Origin: a virus
Strand: one strand, 5' to 3'
Virus genome (UHGV): UHGV-0306641
Length of the DNA stretch: 64,000 bases
The translations under genes were made by a program, and so were the position numbers. The first letter of the stretch is position 1. Each line of letters starts with the position of its first letter. Below, one piece after another: positions 29,348 to 37,874 of the stretch. Under the pieces are notes generated by a model. That model was not told the DNA's origin. It ran no database searches and saw nothing but the letters and a program-made list of their open reading frames with translations.

Positions 29348-29633
29348 ACACTACTACAACCTGTCATTTGTCGGAGAAAAGGGGCATTTCAGGAGCGCGG
29401 TGCTCGCATTGGATCATAATACTGTGACCATACCTGATATCAGTTTAGCCAAACAGTCGTTGGACATGGACGATTCGACCGGACTGATATCAGTTAGCTA
29501 TCTTGGCCTCATGACAGAGCATGAATACTTCCATGGGCTGGGGAAATCGAAGGTATGGCGTCGGTGGCTAAACGTCGCGGCATGGTTTGTACCGTTCCTG
29601 GTATTGGCACTGGTGCTATTACAACAGCGATAA
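29340..29633 (+). CDS. Small membrane-anchored protein
   Basis: ATGCGTAA overlap with the upstream stop. C-terminal hydrophobic helix WFVPFLVLALVLL. Confidence 0.3.
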   Translation: MRKHYYNLSFVGEKGHFRSAVLALDHNTVTIPDISLAKQSLDMDDSTGLISVSYLGLMTEHEYFHGLGKSKVWRRWLNVAAWFVPFLVLALVLLQQR

Positions 29634-29745
29634 GCGCATTAAGGGCTGCAGTGCGGCCCTTTTTTGTGTTCGTTATTAATAGACTATTAGGAAATTACAG
29701 ATTATTATTTGCCTTGTTAATACCATAAAATCTAACAAGGAATAT

Positions 29746-31056
29746 TTGAATATAATGTCTAATGCCGCAGAACAACTCACCACTCCTACCCGCATCACCG
29801 ATGAGGTACTTCACCTGTCCTTTGTCGGCGTCTATAACCAGCTGAATCTGACATTACGCCGTATCAGCGGCGACGACCTCGACCGGCGCGCGTTGGAAAC
29901 CAGCATCAGCATGATCGAGCAGTTGCAGAGTGACGTTAACACGCGTCTGGATGATGAAACCAACGACTGTAACGCCCTTATTGAACAGCTTGAGGCAACG
30001 AAAAACCAGCTACTGGGGATGAACCTGTACAAAGTAGAGGTACAGGAAGAGGCGCTGGCTAAAGAAGACGAGCTGGAGGGGTTACGTCATGACGCCAAAA
30101 TGAAGGCGCTTGAGCTGGAAAACGCAATTATTAATTTAAAGAGCCAGATTGAGTCATCAGCACAGGAATTAACAACGATGCAGCTGGCCTACAATTCATT
30201 GAAAGCGTCCTTTGATACCTATAAGCGCTTACATCCAGAATCCATTCTCCGTGAGCGTGACGATCTGACAAAGCAAGTCTCCAGGTTGCGAGCAGAGCGC
30301 AAAGAAACAAATAAGAGACTTCAAACCATGCAGAGTAAGCTGAATATTGCCGACAAGGAAGTTGCTGCAGCCCGTTCTAGCCTGATCACCAAGCGTCAGG
30401 ATATGGACCGGCTTCATGCTTTGCATGAGAACCTGAAAAAGCGGGTGGATTTTCACGACGGTCGCGAACAAGTGAAGCTGCATACAGTTGTTACTGAGCA
30501 AGGGACTGAGCTTAACCTGTATATCTACAACTTCCACTTTGGCCTTTTGGCGCGCAATAGCTACATAAAGGGGCATGTTATTGAACTGGCTGATTTTCAT
30601 TTCCAGATCCGTACAGCCATGATGGTTGCGATGGACGTGGTGCCTGGTGTGTGGGGAAACCCTATCTACGAACGTCTGAGCGTATTTAAAAATGCTTGGG
30701 ATTCTGCGATAGACGAAGAATTACATCAGCGGATCATGGTCCGGTTAGAAATGGACTTCCCGAAAATCCACAAGCGCGCACTGGATGCCATCGCAGCTGG
30801 CATTGACGAACTGACATTACCGGCAAAGGTGCTCTCAATCCTGAAAGGTGCTGGATTTAAGAACGTGCAGGCCATAGCGTCCGTACTACCGTTTGAGCTG
30901 GTGGATATTAAGGGGATTGGAGAACAGACAGCGACGGAAATCACTAACGCGATAAATAGCTGGGCTATTCGCTGGTCGCGCGAGAATTGCGACATTGAGG
31001 CATACAAATCGAATGTGATCAGCAGCGCTAAACCAGCAAAAAGTAAGAGAAAATAA
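29746..31056 (+). CDS. Coiled-coil protein with a C-terminal helix-hairpin-helix DNA-binding motif
   Basis: 436 aa. Heptad repeats at residues 50-230. 'LPFELVDIKGIGEQTATEI' HhH motif near the C-terminus. Confidence 0.4.
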   Translation: MNIMSNAAEQLTTPTRITDEVLHLSFVGVYNQLNLTLRRISGDDLDRRALETSISMIEQLQSDVNTRLDDETNDCNALIEQLEATKNQLLGMNLYKVEVQEEALAKEDELEGLRHDAKMKALELENAIINLKSQIESSAQELTTMQLAYNSLKASFDTYKRLHPESILRERDDLTKQVSRLRAERKETNKRLQTMQSKLNIADKEVAAARSSLITKRQDMDRLHALHENLKKRVDFHDGREQVKLHTVVTEQGTELNLYIYNFHFGLLARNSYIKGHVIELADFHFQIRTAMMVAMDVVPGVWGNPIYERLSVFKNAWDSAIDEELHQRIMVRLEMDFPKIHKRALDAIAAGIDELTLPAKVLSILKGAGFKNVQAIASVLPFELVDIKGIGEQTATEITNAINSWAIRWSRENCDIEAYKSNVISSAKPAKSKRK

Positions 31057-31149
31057 ATTAAAACCTTAGAATTACATTGATAAAGATTGGAGCAGTACGT
31101 AAAGTACGAGCGCGACATTACGACATTTAACTAATTCCTTTTGCATGCA

Positions 31150-31186
31150 GGGCTGACCTTTTAATCAGCCCTTTTTTTTATTCTTT
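31150..31186 (+). terminator. Strong rho-independent terminator
   Basis: GGGCTGA-CCTTTTAA-TCAGCCC followed by T8. Confidence 0.6.
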
Positions 31187-31289
31187 TTTCTCCAAAACGT
31201 ATCAGGCGCGCTCAAAATTTGAGGTGACGTGATTACCTATACTTATATTTTCCTTAGAATTATGGGTAATGTTAAGCGGAGGAAATGGA

Positions 31290-31700
31290 ATGTCTGAACG
31301 TATAACCAGTGTCGAAGTTGCTGCAGTTATGCTGAAGTGCGGTCGTTACATGACGATTTCTGAAATCATGGCGGCACTCACCGAAGCCTATCCCGATCTT
31401 GAGAACGGGCATACATCAGTCACGAACATCGTGCGCACCTTCATGAAATCACCGTCTGCCAGCTGCTTCTCTTTCCCCGGCGCGTATCCTCGCATGTATC
31501 TGCTTACTTCGGTTTCAGGCTATCTATTCAAGATCAGAGGTAACAGGCATGTATGCTACGACGATTTGCCGTTTCATAGCGGGAGTAAAAAGGATCAGGA
31601 AATAGAGAATAAAAAAAGCCAGGAGGTTTCCCGGCTGGCCTTTAATTTATTTAACAGCATTTGTCGTGAGCGGATCGCATCAGGTATTACTATCGTCTGA
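31290..31700 (+). CDS. Hypothetical protein
   Basis: ATG at 31290, 6 nt after GGAGGA; 136 aa. Confidence 0.35.
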   Translation: MSERITSVEVAAVMLKCGRYMTISEIMAALTEAYPDLENGHTSVTNIVRTFMKSPSASCFSFPGAYPRMYLLTSVSGYLFKIRGNRHVCYDDLPFHSGSKKDQEIENKKSQEVSRLAFNLFNSICRERIASGITIV

Positions 31701-32171
31701 AGGGCGGCTAAGCCTTGCGATTGCGCGTGGCGCACGTTCACTCTCCACCTGATAGGGCTTAGTTCCCGGTGTGCTGCTTTCCACTGGTTTAACAGGCGCA
31801 GCATCATTCGGTAGTGGGGCTGGCTCAGACGCCTTGCCCGGTACCAAAGCCTCAGACTCAACTGGGGCAACTCGGCTGTTTTGTTTCTTTGGCTGGTGGT
31901 CTGCCGCAACCATTCCCATCAATGACATAGCCATGCTGATAAAGCGCTCAGCGCGTTCGTTTTCCGGCAATGCCATCAGATCCTGACGTTCCATTAGTGC
32001 AACCAGAGCGCCCAGCCCCATTTTCTCCAGTGCATAACCGTAACGCAGACAATCCAGCATTAGCCGACGTTTAGCGGCGTTACTCTGCAGGCCATTGTAT
32101 TCGTGTGCCAGCGCGTCAGTTAAGGGGCTGTACTCAGCCAGCCCGGTAATCTTGATGGTTTGTTTTGTCAT
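31680..32171 (-). CDS. ParR-like adaptor (by position downstream of parM-like); Pro/Ala-rich C-terminus
   Basis: 163 aa. ATGA coupling to the upstream actin-like gene. Confidence 0.3.
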   Translation of the reverse strand: MTKQTIKITGLAEYSPLTDALAHEYNGLQSNAAKRRLMLDCLRYGYALEKMGLGALVALMERQDLMALPENERAERFISMAMSLMGMVAADHQPKKQNSRVAPVESEALVPGKASEPAPLPNDAAPVKPVESSTPGTKPYQVESERAPRAIARLSRPSDDSNT

Positions 32172-33346
32172 TAATTCCGCTCGCTAAGTTCAGCCAGTAT
32201 CTCGTCACGCACTGGGTCAAGTGCGAAGTAAACGCCGCGTACAATACTTGTTTCCGGGTATTCAGGGATGAATACCAAATCATGCCAATCGGCAGTGTAA
32301 TCAGGCATGCCATGTAGACGACCACCAATATAGTTTGCACCACCACCTACCAGCAATAGTGCATCAATATCCAGCATGTTTCTGTGAACCTTGCGAATAT
32401 CAGCACGGATAATCTCAGCCAGTTCGCTGGCGGCCTGACTGATAACGCCAGATACATCAATTCGCTTGCTGCGAGCTGATTCCAGGCGCGAACCAATGAA
32501 CCCCTGACGAATTATCGTATCAATGCTCTCGATGTTAAGGCTCTTGGCGTTAATGTTTTTCCCGCTGGTGGCCTCAAACTCCTGCAGTAGAGCATAAACG
32601 CGTTCAATCATACGATGAATGCCGTTCTCAGTCGTTCGACGGCTAATAACCTGCAGATCTTTATCCACCACAGCCATATCACATGTGAAGCGCCCTAAAT
32701 CAACAACCAGAATGCTTTCTGCCTGCAGCAATTCAGAAAAGTCAGCCTGAGCAGAAATAACGGCAGGAACAGCTTCAGGAAATACCTCAACGTGTGCAAT
32801 ACGGGGAGGTTGAATGTCGGCATTGTAATTGCGAACGGGTATCAAAAGGTTGTCAGCTTTCGCCTTGGTACGGACACGATCGATCTTGCCAATGTCAGAG
32901 TAGAACTGGTTCACCGGCAGTGTTTCCGCAAGTATCACGTCAGCACCGTCAAGGCCTGCACGAACAAGAGCTTCATTAACTAATACGCGGTGTGCTGCGC
33001 TTACCTGATAATCAGGGTCGCAGGTATCAACCAGGTCAGTCCCTTTATTAACGACTACATAGCTGCGCTCACGACCGTTATCGGTGGTTAACCATGAGGA
33101 TGATGTTTCACTGGCTAACGTTTGCTGGCTACCTGAGCGAACCAGGGACGGCGTTACATAAGTCTCCATCTTGCCATCGCGTTCAAAGGTCAGGGCCACA
33201 TTACCGGAGCCTGCATCCACTGCAACAAAAACGTAGTTTTTCTTACTCATATCCAAATTCCTATTAGCTAATTTCAAAGTAATAAATCGCAACTGGAATG
33301 TACCATAAAGCCTCAAAAAGTCCATATTAAAGGAACTATTTAGCAA
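32171..33346 (-). CDS. Actin-like ATPase (ParM/StbA family) plasmid segregation protein
   Basis: 391 aa. Phosphate-1 'VFVAVDAGSGNV', phosphate-2 'LVVDLGRFTCDMAVV' and adenosine 'LLLVGGGANY' motifs of the actin/Hsp70 fold, in ParM-like order. Confidence 0.55.
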   Translation of the reverse strand: MLNSSFNMDFLRLYGTFQLRFITLKLANRNLDMSKKNYVFVAVDAGSGNVALTFERDGKMETYVTPSLVRSGSQQTLASETSSSWLTTDNGRERSYVVVNKGTDLVDTCDPDYQVSAAHRVLVNEALVRAGLDGADVILAETLPVNQFYSDIGKIDRVRTKAKADNLLIPVRNYNADIQPPRIAHVEVFPEAVPAVISAQADFSELLQAESILVVDLGRFTCDMAVVDKDLQVISRRTTENGIHRMIERVYALLQEFEATSGKNINAKSLNIESIDTIIRQGFIGSRLESARSKRIDVSGVISQAASELAEIIRADIRKVHRNMLDIDALLLVGGGANYIGGRLHGMPDYTADWHDLVFIPEYPETSIVRGVYFALDPVRDEILAELSERN

Positions 33347-33386
33347 TCATATGGGCAATAAATGTCCTTATTAAAAGGACATAAAA

Positions 33387-33456
33387 TGATCAGTAAGCAG
33401 GGAGAAACCTACATGATCAAATGAGTGATCAAAAAAAGTGATCATTTGCGTGATCA
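33387..33456. repeat. Cluster of five TGATCA (Dam-site) hexamers at the pacA 5' end; pac-like site, possibly also parC-like
   Basis: TGATCA at 33387, 33414, 33426, 33439 and 33451 with ~12-13 bp spacing; includes TGATCACTCTAA. The P1 pac site is built from TGATCA/G hexamers regulated by Dam methylation. Confidence 0.45.
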
Positions 33457-33512
33457 CTCTAAAAACCAGACCGCCTATCCTCGCGGCAGAGTGGTTTTGG
33501 GCGGTAGGCGTA

Positions 33513-34742
33513 ATGGCAAAGATTGACTGGGATTGGCACAGGGAAAATTATAAAAAACATAAACTTGAGTCAGGTGTGACTTACAAGGAGTATGCCGAAT
33601 ACCATTCCTTAAACCCGAATACCGCACGCCGCGAACTGAGTAAAAAGGTGGGTGATGAGGGGCAGGCACCCACGGTCCCGTCGCGTGATCAGGATGATGA
33701 TCTAACCATCAGGAGAAAGGGGAGAAAACTCAAGCATAGCAGTGCCTTAGAGGAAATTACCGGGCAGGGTGAACCCGGCGAAACACGCGCAGGCACGAAA
33801 AATAAAAAAAATAATTCCAAAGGCACACGCGCCAAAATGATCAAACCAGTGCATGAGGGGGAAGTGATCCCACATGTACCGAAACAACGAGGTAAGGGTA
33901 AGCAATTCGAAACCGGCAACGAGGTGAATGTTGTCGCGAATACCAGAGGAAAGCCACGCGAGGTTGATCGTGATGCTGCTGTCTCATTGTTGGAAGCTGG
34001 CCTGGAAGAATGCGAGGCATCCACAGTTAAAACAGCTGTCGAGCATATGCAGCTGTTGTCGCGAACCACAGCCAGGGCAGTAGAGCTATTCGAAACTGAA
34101 ATAGCCAATATGAATATCCCACGAGAAAAGGGTGACAAGGATGGTGATGACGATGCTCCGTCCGGGCCACACCCGCTGTTAAAGCTGACAAAACTCCTGA
34201 TTGAAGTCGGCTACAGGATGGATGACCACGCTACCCGTATCAGTTCTATCCGTTCCTCACGAGAAAAGCTCAAGATTGACCGTGAAAAGCTGGGCGCAAA
34301 AGCGACCGAAGCACAGGTTATTGCCACCGCCTACCAGCTGCGTGATGAAAACGACTGGGATATAGCAGAAACCGCTGAGTACATCGAGCGTCATGGGGTA
34401 AAACTGCCGGATTCAATCGCCTTGAGGCTGGCTAAGGAGATCAAGGAAGCAGAACCGCCAGTTAGTGACGTCAACGCTGTAGATGATGACCAACTGGAAG
34501 AAGAGGCCCGTAAATATCGTGAAGCGCAGGCCGGTAAAGAAGCCTTCCTGAAAGAGCGCCGGGAAACTATCGCCAGGATTGTAGACGAGGGCGGGTATGG
34601 CGATACGAACCATGACGGTATCAGGCGCGAAGGGGAGCTAGACCCGGATGAAGAGGGCTTAGATCTCGATTACGAAGCGACCCGCGAGTTATACGGCGAA
34701 GGCGATGAGATCGCGATAGCGCCCCCGGATGAGGACGAATAA
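33513..34742 (+). CDS. pacA: Terminase small subunit, PacA-like
   Basis: Probable ATG at 33513 after AGGCG (track ORF starts 33438). TAATG coupling to the large subunit. Acidic C-terminus. Lies beside the TGATCA cluster. Confidence 0.45.
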   Translation: MAKIDWDWHRENYKKHKLESGVTYKEYAEYHSLNPNTARRELSKKVGDEGQAPTVPSRDQDDDLTIRRKGRKLKHSSALEEITGQGEPGETRAGTKNKKNNSKGTRAKMIKPVHEGEVIPHVPKQRGKGKQFETGNEVNVVANTRGKPREVDRDAAVSLLEAGLEECEASTVKTAVEHMQLLSRTTARAVELFETEIANMNIPREKGDKDGDDDAPSGPHPLLKLTKLLIEVGYRMDDHATRISSIRSSREKLKIDREKLGAKATEAQVIATAYQLRDENDWDIAETAEYIERHGVKLPDSIALRLAKEIKEAEPPVSDVNAVDDDQLEEEARKYREAQAGKEAFLKERRETIARIVDEGGYGDTNHDGIRREGELDPDEEGLDLDYEATRELYGEGDEIAIAPPDEDE

Positions 34743-36253
34743 TGGCATCCGGGAAGAAGAAAATTAAATGTGTAACCTCTGATCCGCGCTGGCGTGAAAT
34801 GGCTATCCGCTATCGCCATGACTGGGGGTTAGCGGTCGTTGAATTGTTCGGAATGCAACCGAGCTGGCAGCAGGATGAAATACTGCAGTCTGTCCAGCAG
34901 ATAAAGAGCATGACAACCGTTACTTCGGGGCATGGTACTGGTAAGTCATCCCTGACAGCCATGATGCTGATGATTTACATGATCCTGTACCCGGATGCGC
35001 GCGTCGTCATCATCGCGAACAAGATTGCGCAGGTAAAATCCGGCGTATTCAAGTACGTGAAAACCTTTTGGGCCAACGCCGTAAAACGTCATCCGTGGCT
35101 GCAGAACCACTTTGTTTTAACCGACACCATGTTTTATGAGAGAAGCCGGAAAGGGGTGTGGGAAGTTCTCTGTAAAGGCTATCGTCTGGGTAATGAGGAA
35201 GGGCTGGCAGGGGAACACTCCAAACACTTACTGATCATCTTGGATGAGGCGTCCGGTATCTCTGATAAGGCGATCGGCATCCTGACCGGTGCGCTGACGG
35301 AAGCTGATAACCGCATGCTTATGCTGTCCCAGCCAACGCGCCCGTCTGGTTACTTCTACGACTCTCACCACAGCCTGGCGAAGACTGAACATAACCCTAA
35401 AGGGATCTGGACGTCGATTGTCCTCAACTCTGAGGAATCACCGTTTGTAACAGACGACTTTATTGTCATGAAGCTGGCGGAATATGGCGGTCGTGACAGC
35501 ATGGAATACAAAATCAAGGTACTGGGCCAGTTCCCGTCCGTGATTGATGGCTTCCTGTTGGGCCGCGATGCCTGTGAGCGCGCCCAGCGTCGTAAAGTGT
35601 ACCTTGAGAAAAACTGGGGCTGGGTGGCGCTGGCTGACGTTGGGAACGGTCGTGACAAATCCGTCCTGAACATTATGAAGGTAAGCGGCTATCGTGAGAA
35701 ACGTCGGTTCGTTCCGTTCGTTGTGCTTGAAATGCCGGGTACCATGAACCCTACAGAGTTCGGTGACTTTATTGCGAACGAATGTACTCAGGAGCGGTTC
35801 CCCAATATCACTATAGGCGTGGATAGTGACGGCGTAGGCTCAGCTACTGCCGATCAGCTGGAGCGCAGGGGGGTTAACGTTGTCCGTATCCGCTGGGGTA
35901 AACCTATGTTCGCCAAAACAGATAAGGACCGATTCGTAAGCCAGAGAGCCTATGCCAACATCGCAGCTCGTGACGCCATACAGACGGGACGTATGAGGCT
36001 GGACTCATCGCCAAAGACAGCAGAACAGGCTTCAAAGATACCTTGGAAGATAAACGAAGATGGGCGTGTGGCGATGATGAAAAAGGATTACATGCGGCAG
36101 AAGATGAATATCAAGTCGCCAGACCGTTGGGATACGTACTGTTTTTCAACGCTTATATCGTATCGCCCTGCAAATGATGACCTGGGTGGAGACATGGAAG
36201 AAACCCGCGCAGATGCACTGGCAGAACTGTCGAAATATGACGATGTGATTTAA
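34742..36253 (+). CDS. pacB: Terminase large subunit, PacB-like (ATPase plus nuclease)
   Basis: 503 aa. Walker A 'TSGHGTGKSS'; Walker B 'LLIILDEASGI'; C-terminal acidic nuclease-domain residues. Confidence 0.65.
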   Translation: MASGKKKIKCVTSDPRWREMAIRYRHDWGLAVVELFGMQPSWQQDEILQSVQQIKSMTTVTSGHGTGKSSLTAMMLMIYMILYPDARVVIIANKIAQVKSGVFKYVKTFWANAVKRHPWLQNHFVLTDTMFYERSRKGVWEVLCKGYRLGNEEGLAGEHSKHLLIILDEASGISDKAIGILTGALTEADNRMLMLSQPTRPSGYFYDSHHSLAKTEHNPKGIWTSIVLNSEESPFVTDDFIVMKLAEYGGRDSMEYKIKVLGQFPSVIDGFLLGRDACERAQRRKVYLEKNWGWVALADVGNGRDKSVLNIMKVSGYREKRRFVPFVVLEMPGTMNPTEFGDFIANECTQERFPNITIGVDSDGVGSATADQLERRGVNVVRIRWGKPMFAKTDKDRFVSQRAYANIAARDAIQTGRMRLDSSPKTAEQASKIPWKINEDGRVAMMKKDYMRQKMNIKSPDRWDTYCFSTLISYRPANDDLGGDMEETRADALAELSKYDDVI

Positions 36254-36283
36254 TGGCTGGGGGCTGGTGGCCCCCTGCCACTT

Positions 36284-37318
36284 TCAATCTTTCTTAGTCA
36301 GGATGTTAAAATTCTTACCGCGACGGCTGCGTGTATCTCCAAACATAGAACGCAGCTCTGAGATAGTAAGAATATTGTTATTGTCGGTCGCAAACTTCCT
36401 TTCAAGTAATTTACGGTCCTCTTCTGTAAGCAATTCAAGCTTACGCCTACCCGCCTCTATTGAGCGGTTAGCTTTTTCTATTTCAGCCTCTGTTTTTGCC
36501 TTTGCCAGCTTAGTTTTAGCCCGTCTTTCAAAGTGGGTAATACGGCTTAAAATTGATTGCTCAACGATAGTTTTTTGCGCAGCTTTGGCCTCTGCAATCT
36601 CTATTTGGTCAATGCCGTAAATATCCCCAACCGTAAATATTGAGCACTTCAATGGTTTTATAAGACTATACTTATTGAAATATTCTGTTTTAGGCTCAGT
36701 TGATATTTTAATGTCGTCCTTTGTCCATTGCGGGTGATAAATCATGACGCCATGAGTCCCGCAACGTGCGCGCGTACTCTCATTTTCACCTTTAAAAACA
36801 ACATCTAAGACAGTATCCTGATACCCACTGACACGGTATCGGAACTTGTGTCCTTCGGGGTATGCTTCAAATGTTTCCATTTCCTCAGTGAGCGCTTTAA
36901 CGGCTTCATTTGTATGAGGAAACTTTCTAAGTTTCTTTATTTGCTTTTCATATCTATTAAGCAAATCCTCGCGTGTATGAGTGCATGTTGTTGCAGCATT
37001 AAAAAAACCAATAGCTACGGACACTGGTTCAATTATTAACATTGGAACCGGTGAATATATAGCTGTCGATATGGCTATGCTTTTGTTTTTCTTCATCTCA
37101 GTAGCAAGTTCAGCAAACTTTTTCCACCGAATTTGTAAATCAACAGCTTTATTAAAAATAGCCTCATCGTTTGAAAATGCGATAGGACGAATCTTCTCGT
37201 CTTTGGCATTTCTGCTGTGACAGATGGCGAGTGAATCAACCAGTTGCATCCAGTCTTTTTTGGTCTGCAAAAACAACTTGTACTGCTGCTCAAACATCAC
37301 GTCATTAAACGCTGGCAT
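36284..37318 (-). CDS. Hypothetical protein in a low-GC island (possible defence/accessory moron); Lys/Glu-rich coiled coil in the transcript 3' part
   Basis: 344 aa on the opposite strand, between pacB and lox-cre. Lower GC (~37%) than the neighbours. Confidence 0.45.
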   Translation of the reverse strand: MPAFNDVMFEQQYKLFLQTKKDWMQLVDSLAICHSRNAKDEKIRPIAFSNDEAIFNKAVDLQIRWKKFAELATEMKKNKSIAISTAIYSPVPMLIIEPVSVAIGFFNAATTCTHTREDLLNRYEKQIKKLRKFPHTNEAVKALTEEMETFEAYPEGHKFRYRVSGYQDTVLDVVFKGENESTRARCGTHGVMIYHPQWTKDDIKISTEPKTEYFNKYSLIKPLKCSIFTVGDIYGIDQIEIAEAKAAQKTIVEQSILSRITHFERRAKTKLAKAKTEAEIEKANRSIEAGRRKLELLTEEDRKLLERKFATDNNNILTISELRSMFGDTRSRRGKNFNILTKKD

Positions 37319-37664
37319 TGTGTGATTGTCCTTTTGGTTGTACTAACACGTTCTTACCCACTTGCTACCCACATTGAAAGTAATCAACGAACACGATAAA
37401 GCCTTAGAAAGACAGCGATCTCAATAAAGCCATGCTTCCAGCACCTTATGCGTCACGTCGTCTGGCAGGTGATCACGCAAAATGATCACCAATCTGAGGT
37501 AACGACGACCAGGTAACACAATGACCGACCTGAATCCCATCGCCCTCATCCTGAGTTAGCTCATTCATGTGGCCTGTCATGAGTACATACTAAAGCAAAC
37601 CTTTCCCTTTATATATACTTTTGATTCTAAGCTCACTCACGTTTCAACCAAAATAGGCAAAAAA

Positions 37665-37698
37665 ATAACTATAGATAATGGGGGTTATATAAAGTTAC
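37665..37698. other. lox-like recombination site (13-bp inverted arms, 8-bp spacer)
   Basis: ATAACTATAGATA-ATGGGGGT-TATATAAAGTTAC, against loxP ATAACTTCGTATA-ATGTATGC-TATACGAAGTTAT. Outer ATAACT/AAGTTA and the spacer ATG are conserved. Lies ~180 bp upstream of the cre homolog. Confidence 0.5.
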
Positions 37699-37874
37699 GT
37701 GCTATGATCAGCTCAACGGGTTATCTTGGTGATCATTTTAGAGGCCTGTGAAAGATTGGGACCATTGGCGTTGCTGGTGGCCTTATTTTTTACGTAGCAC
37801 GTCGTTTCTTAGAAAGTATGTATTTTGAATGAGGACGTTTTACACGGTTCTCGCGTTATCAAGGAGGTCATAAC

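Noticed and set aside
30726-31118. 130-aa minus-strand ORF spanning the 29746-31056 gene end and the ATTCTAAGG-containing spacer.
   Set aside because: Mostly antisense to a well-supported 436-aa gene; hydrophobic low-complexity translation. Likely spurious, though the two same-orientation motif copies at 31064 and 31252 leave minus-strand transcription here formally possible.
33438-33512. Longer N-terminal extension of pacA (track ORF start 33438).
   Set aside because: The extension overlaps the TGATCA repeat cluster and lacks an RBS. The ATG at 33513 has an AGGCG Shine-Dalgarno and begins the conserved-looking 'MAKIDWDWHRENYKK'. The extension is kept only as an alternative.
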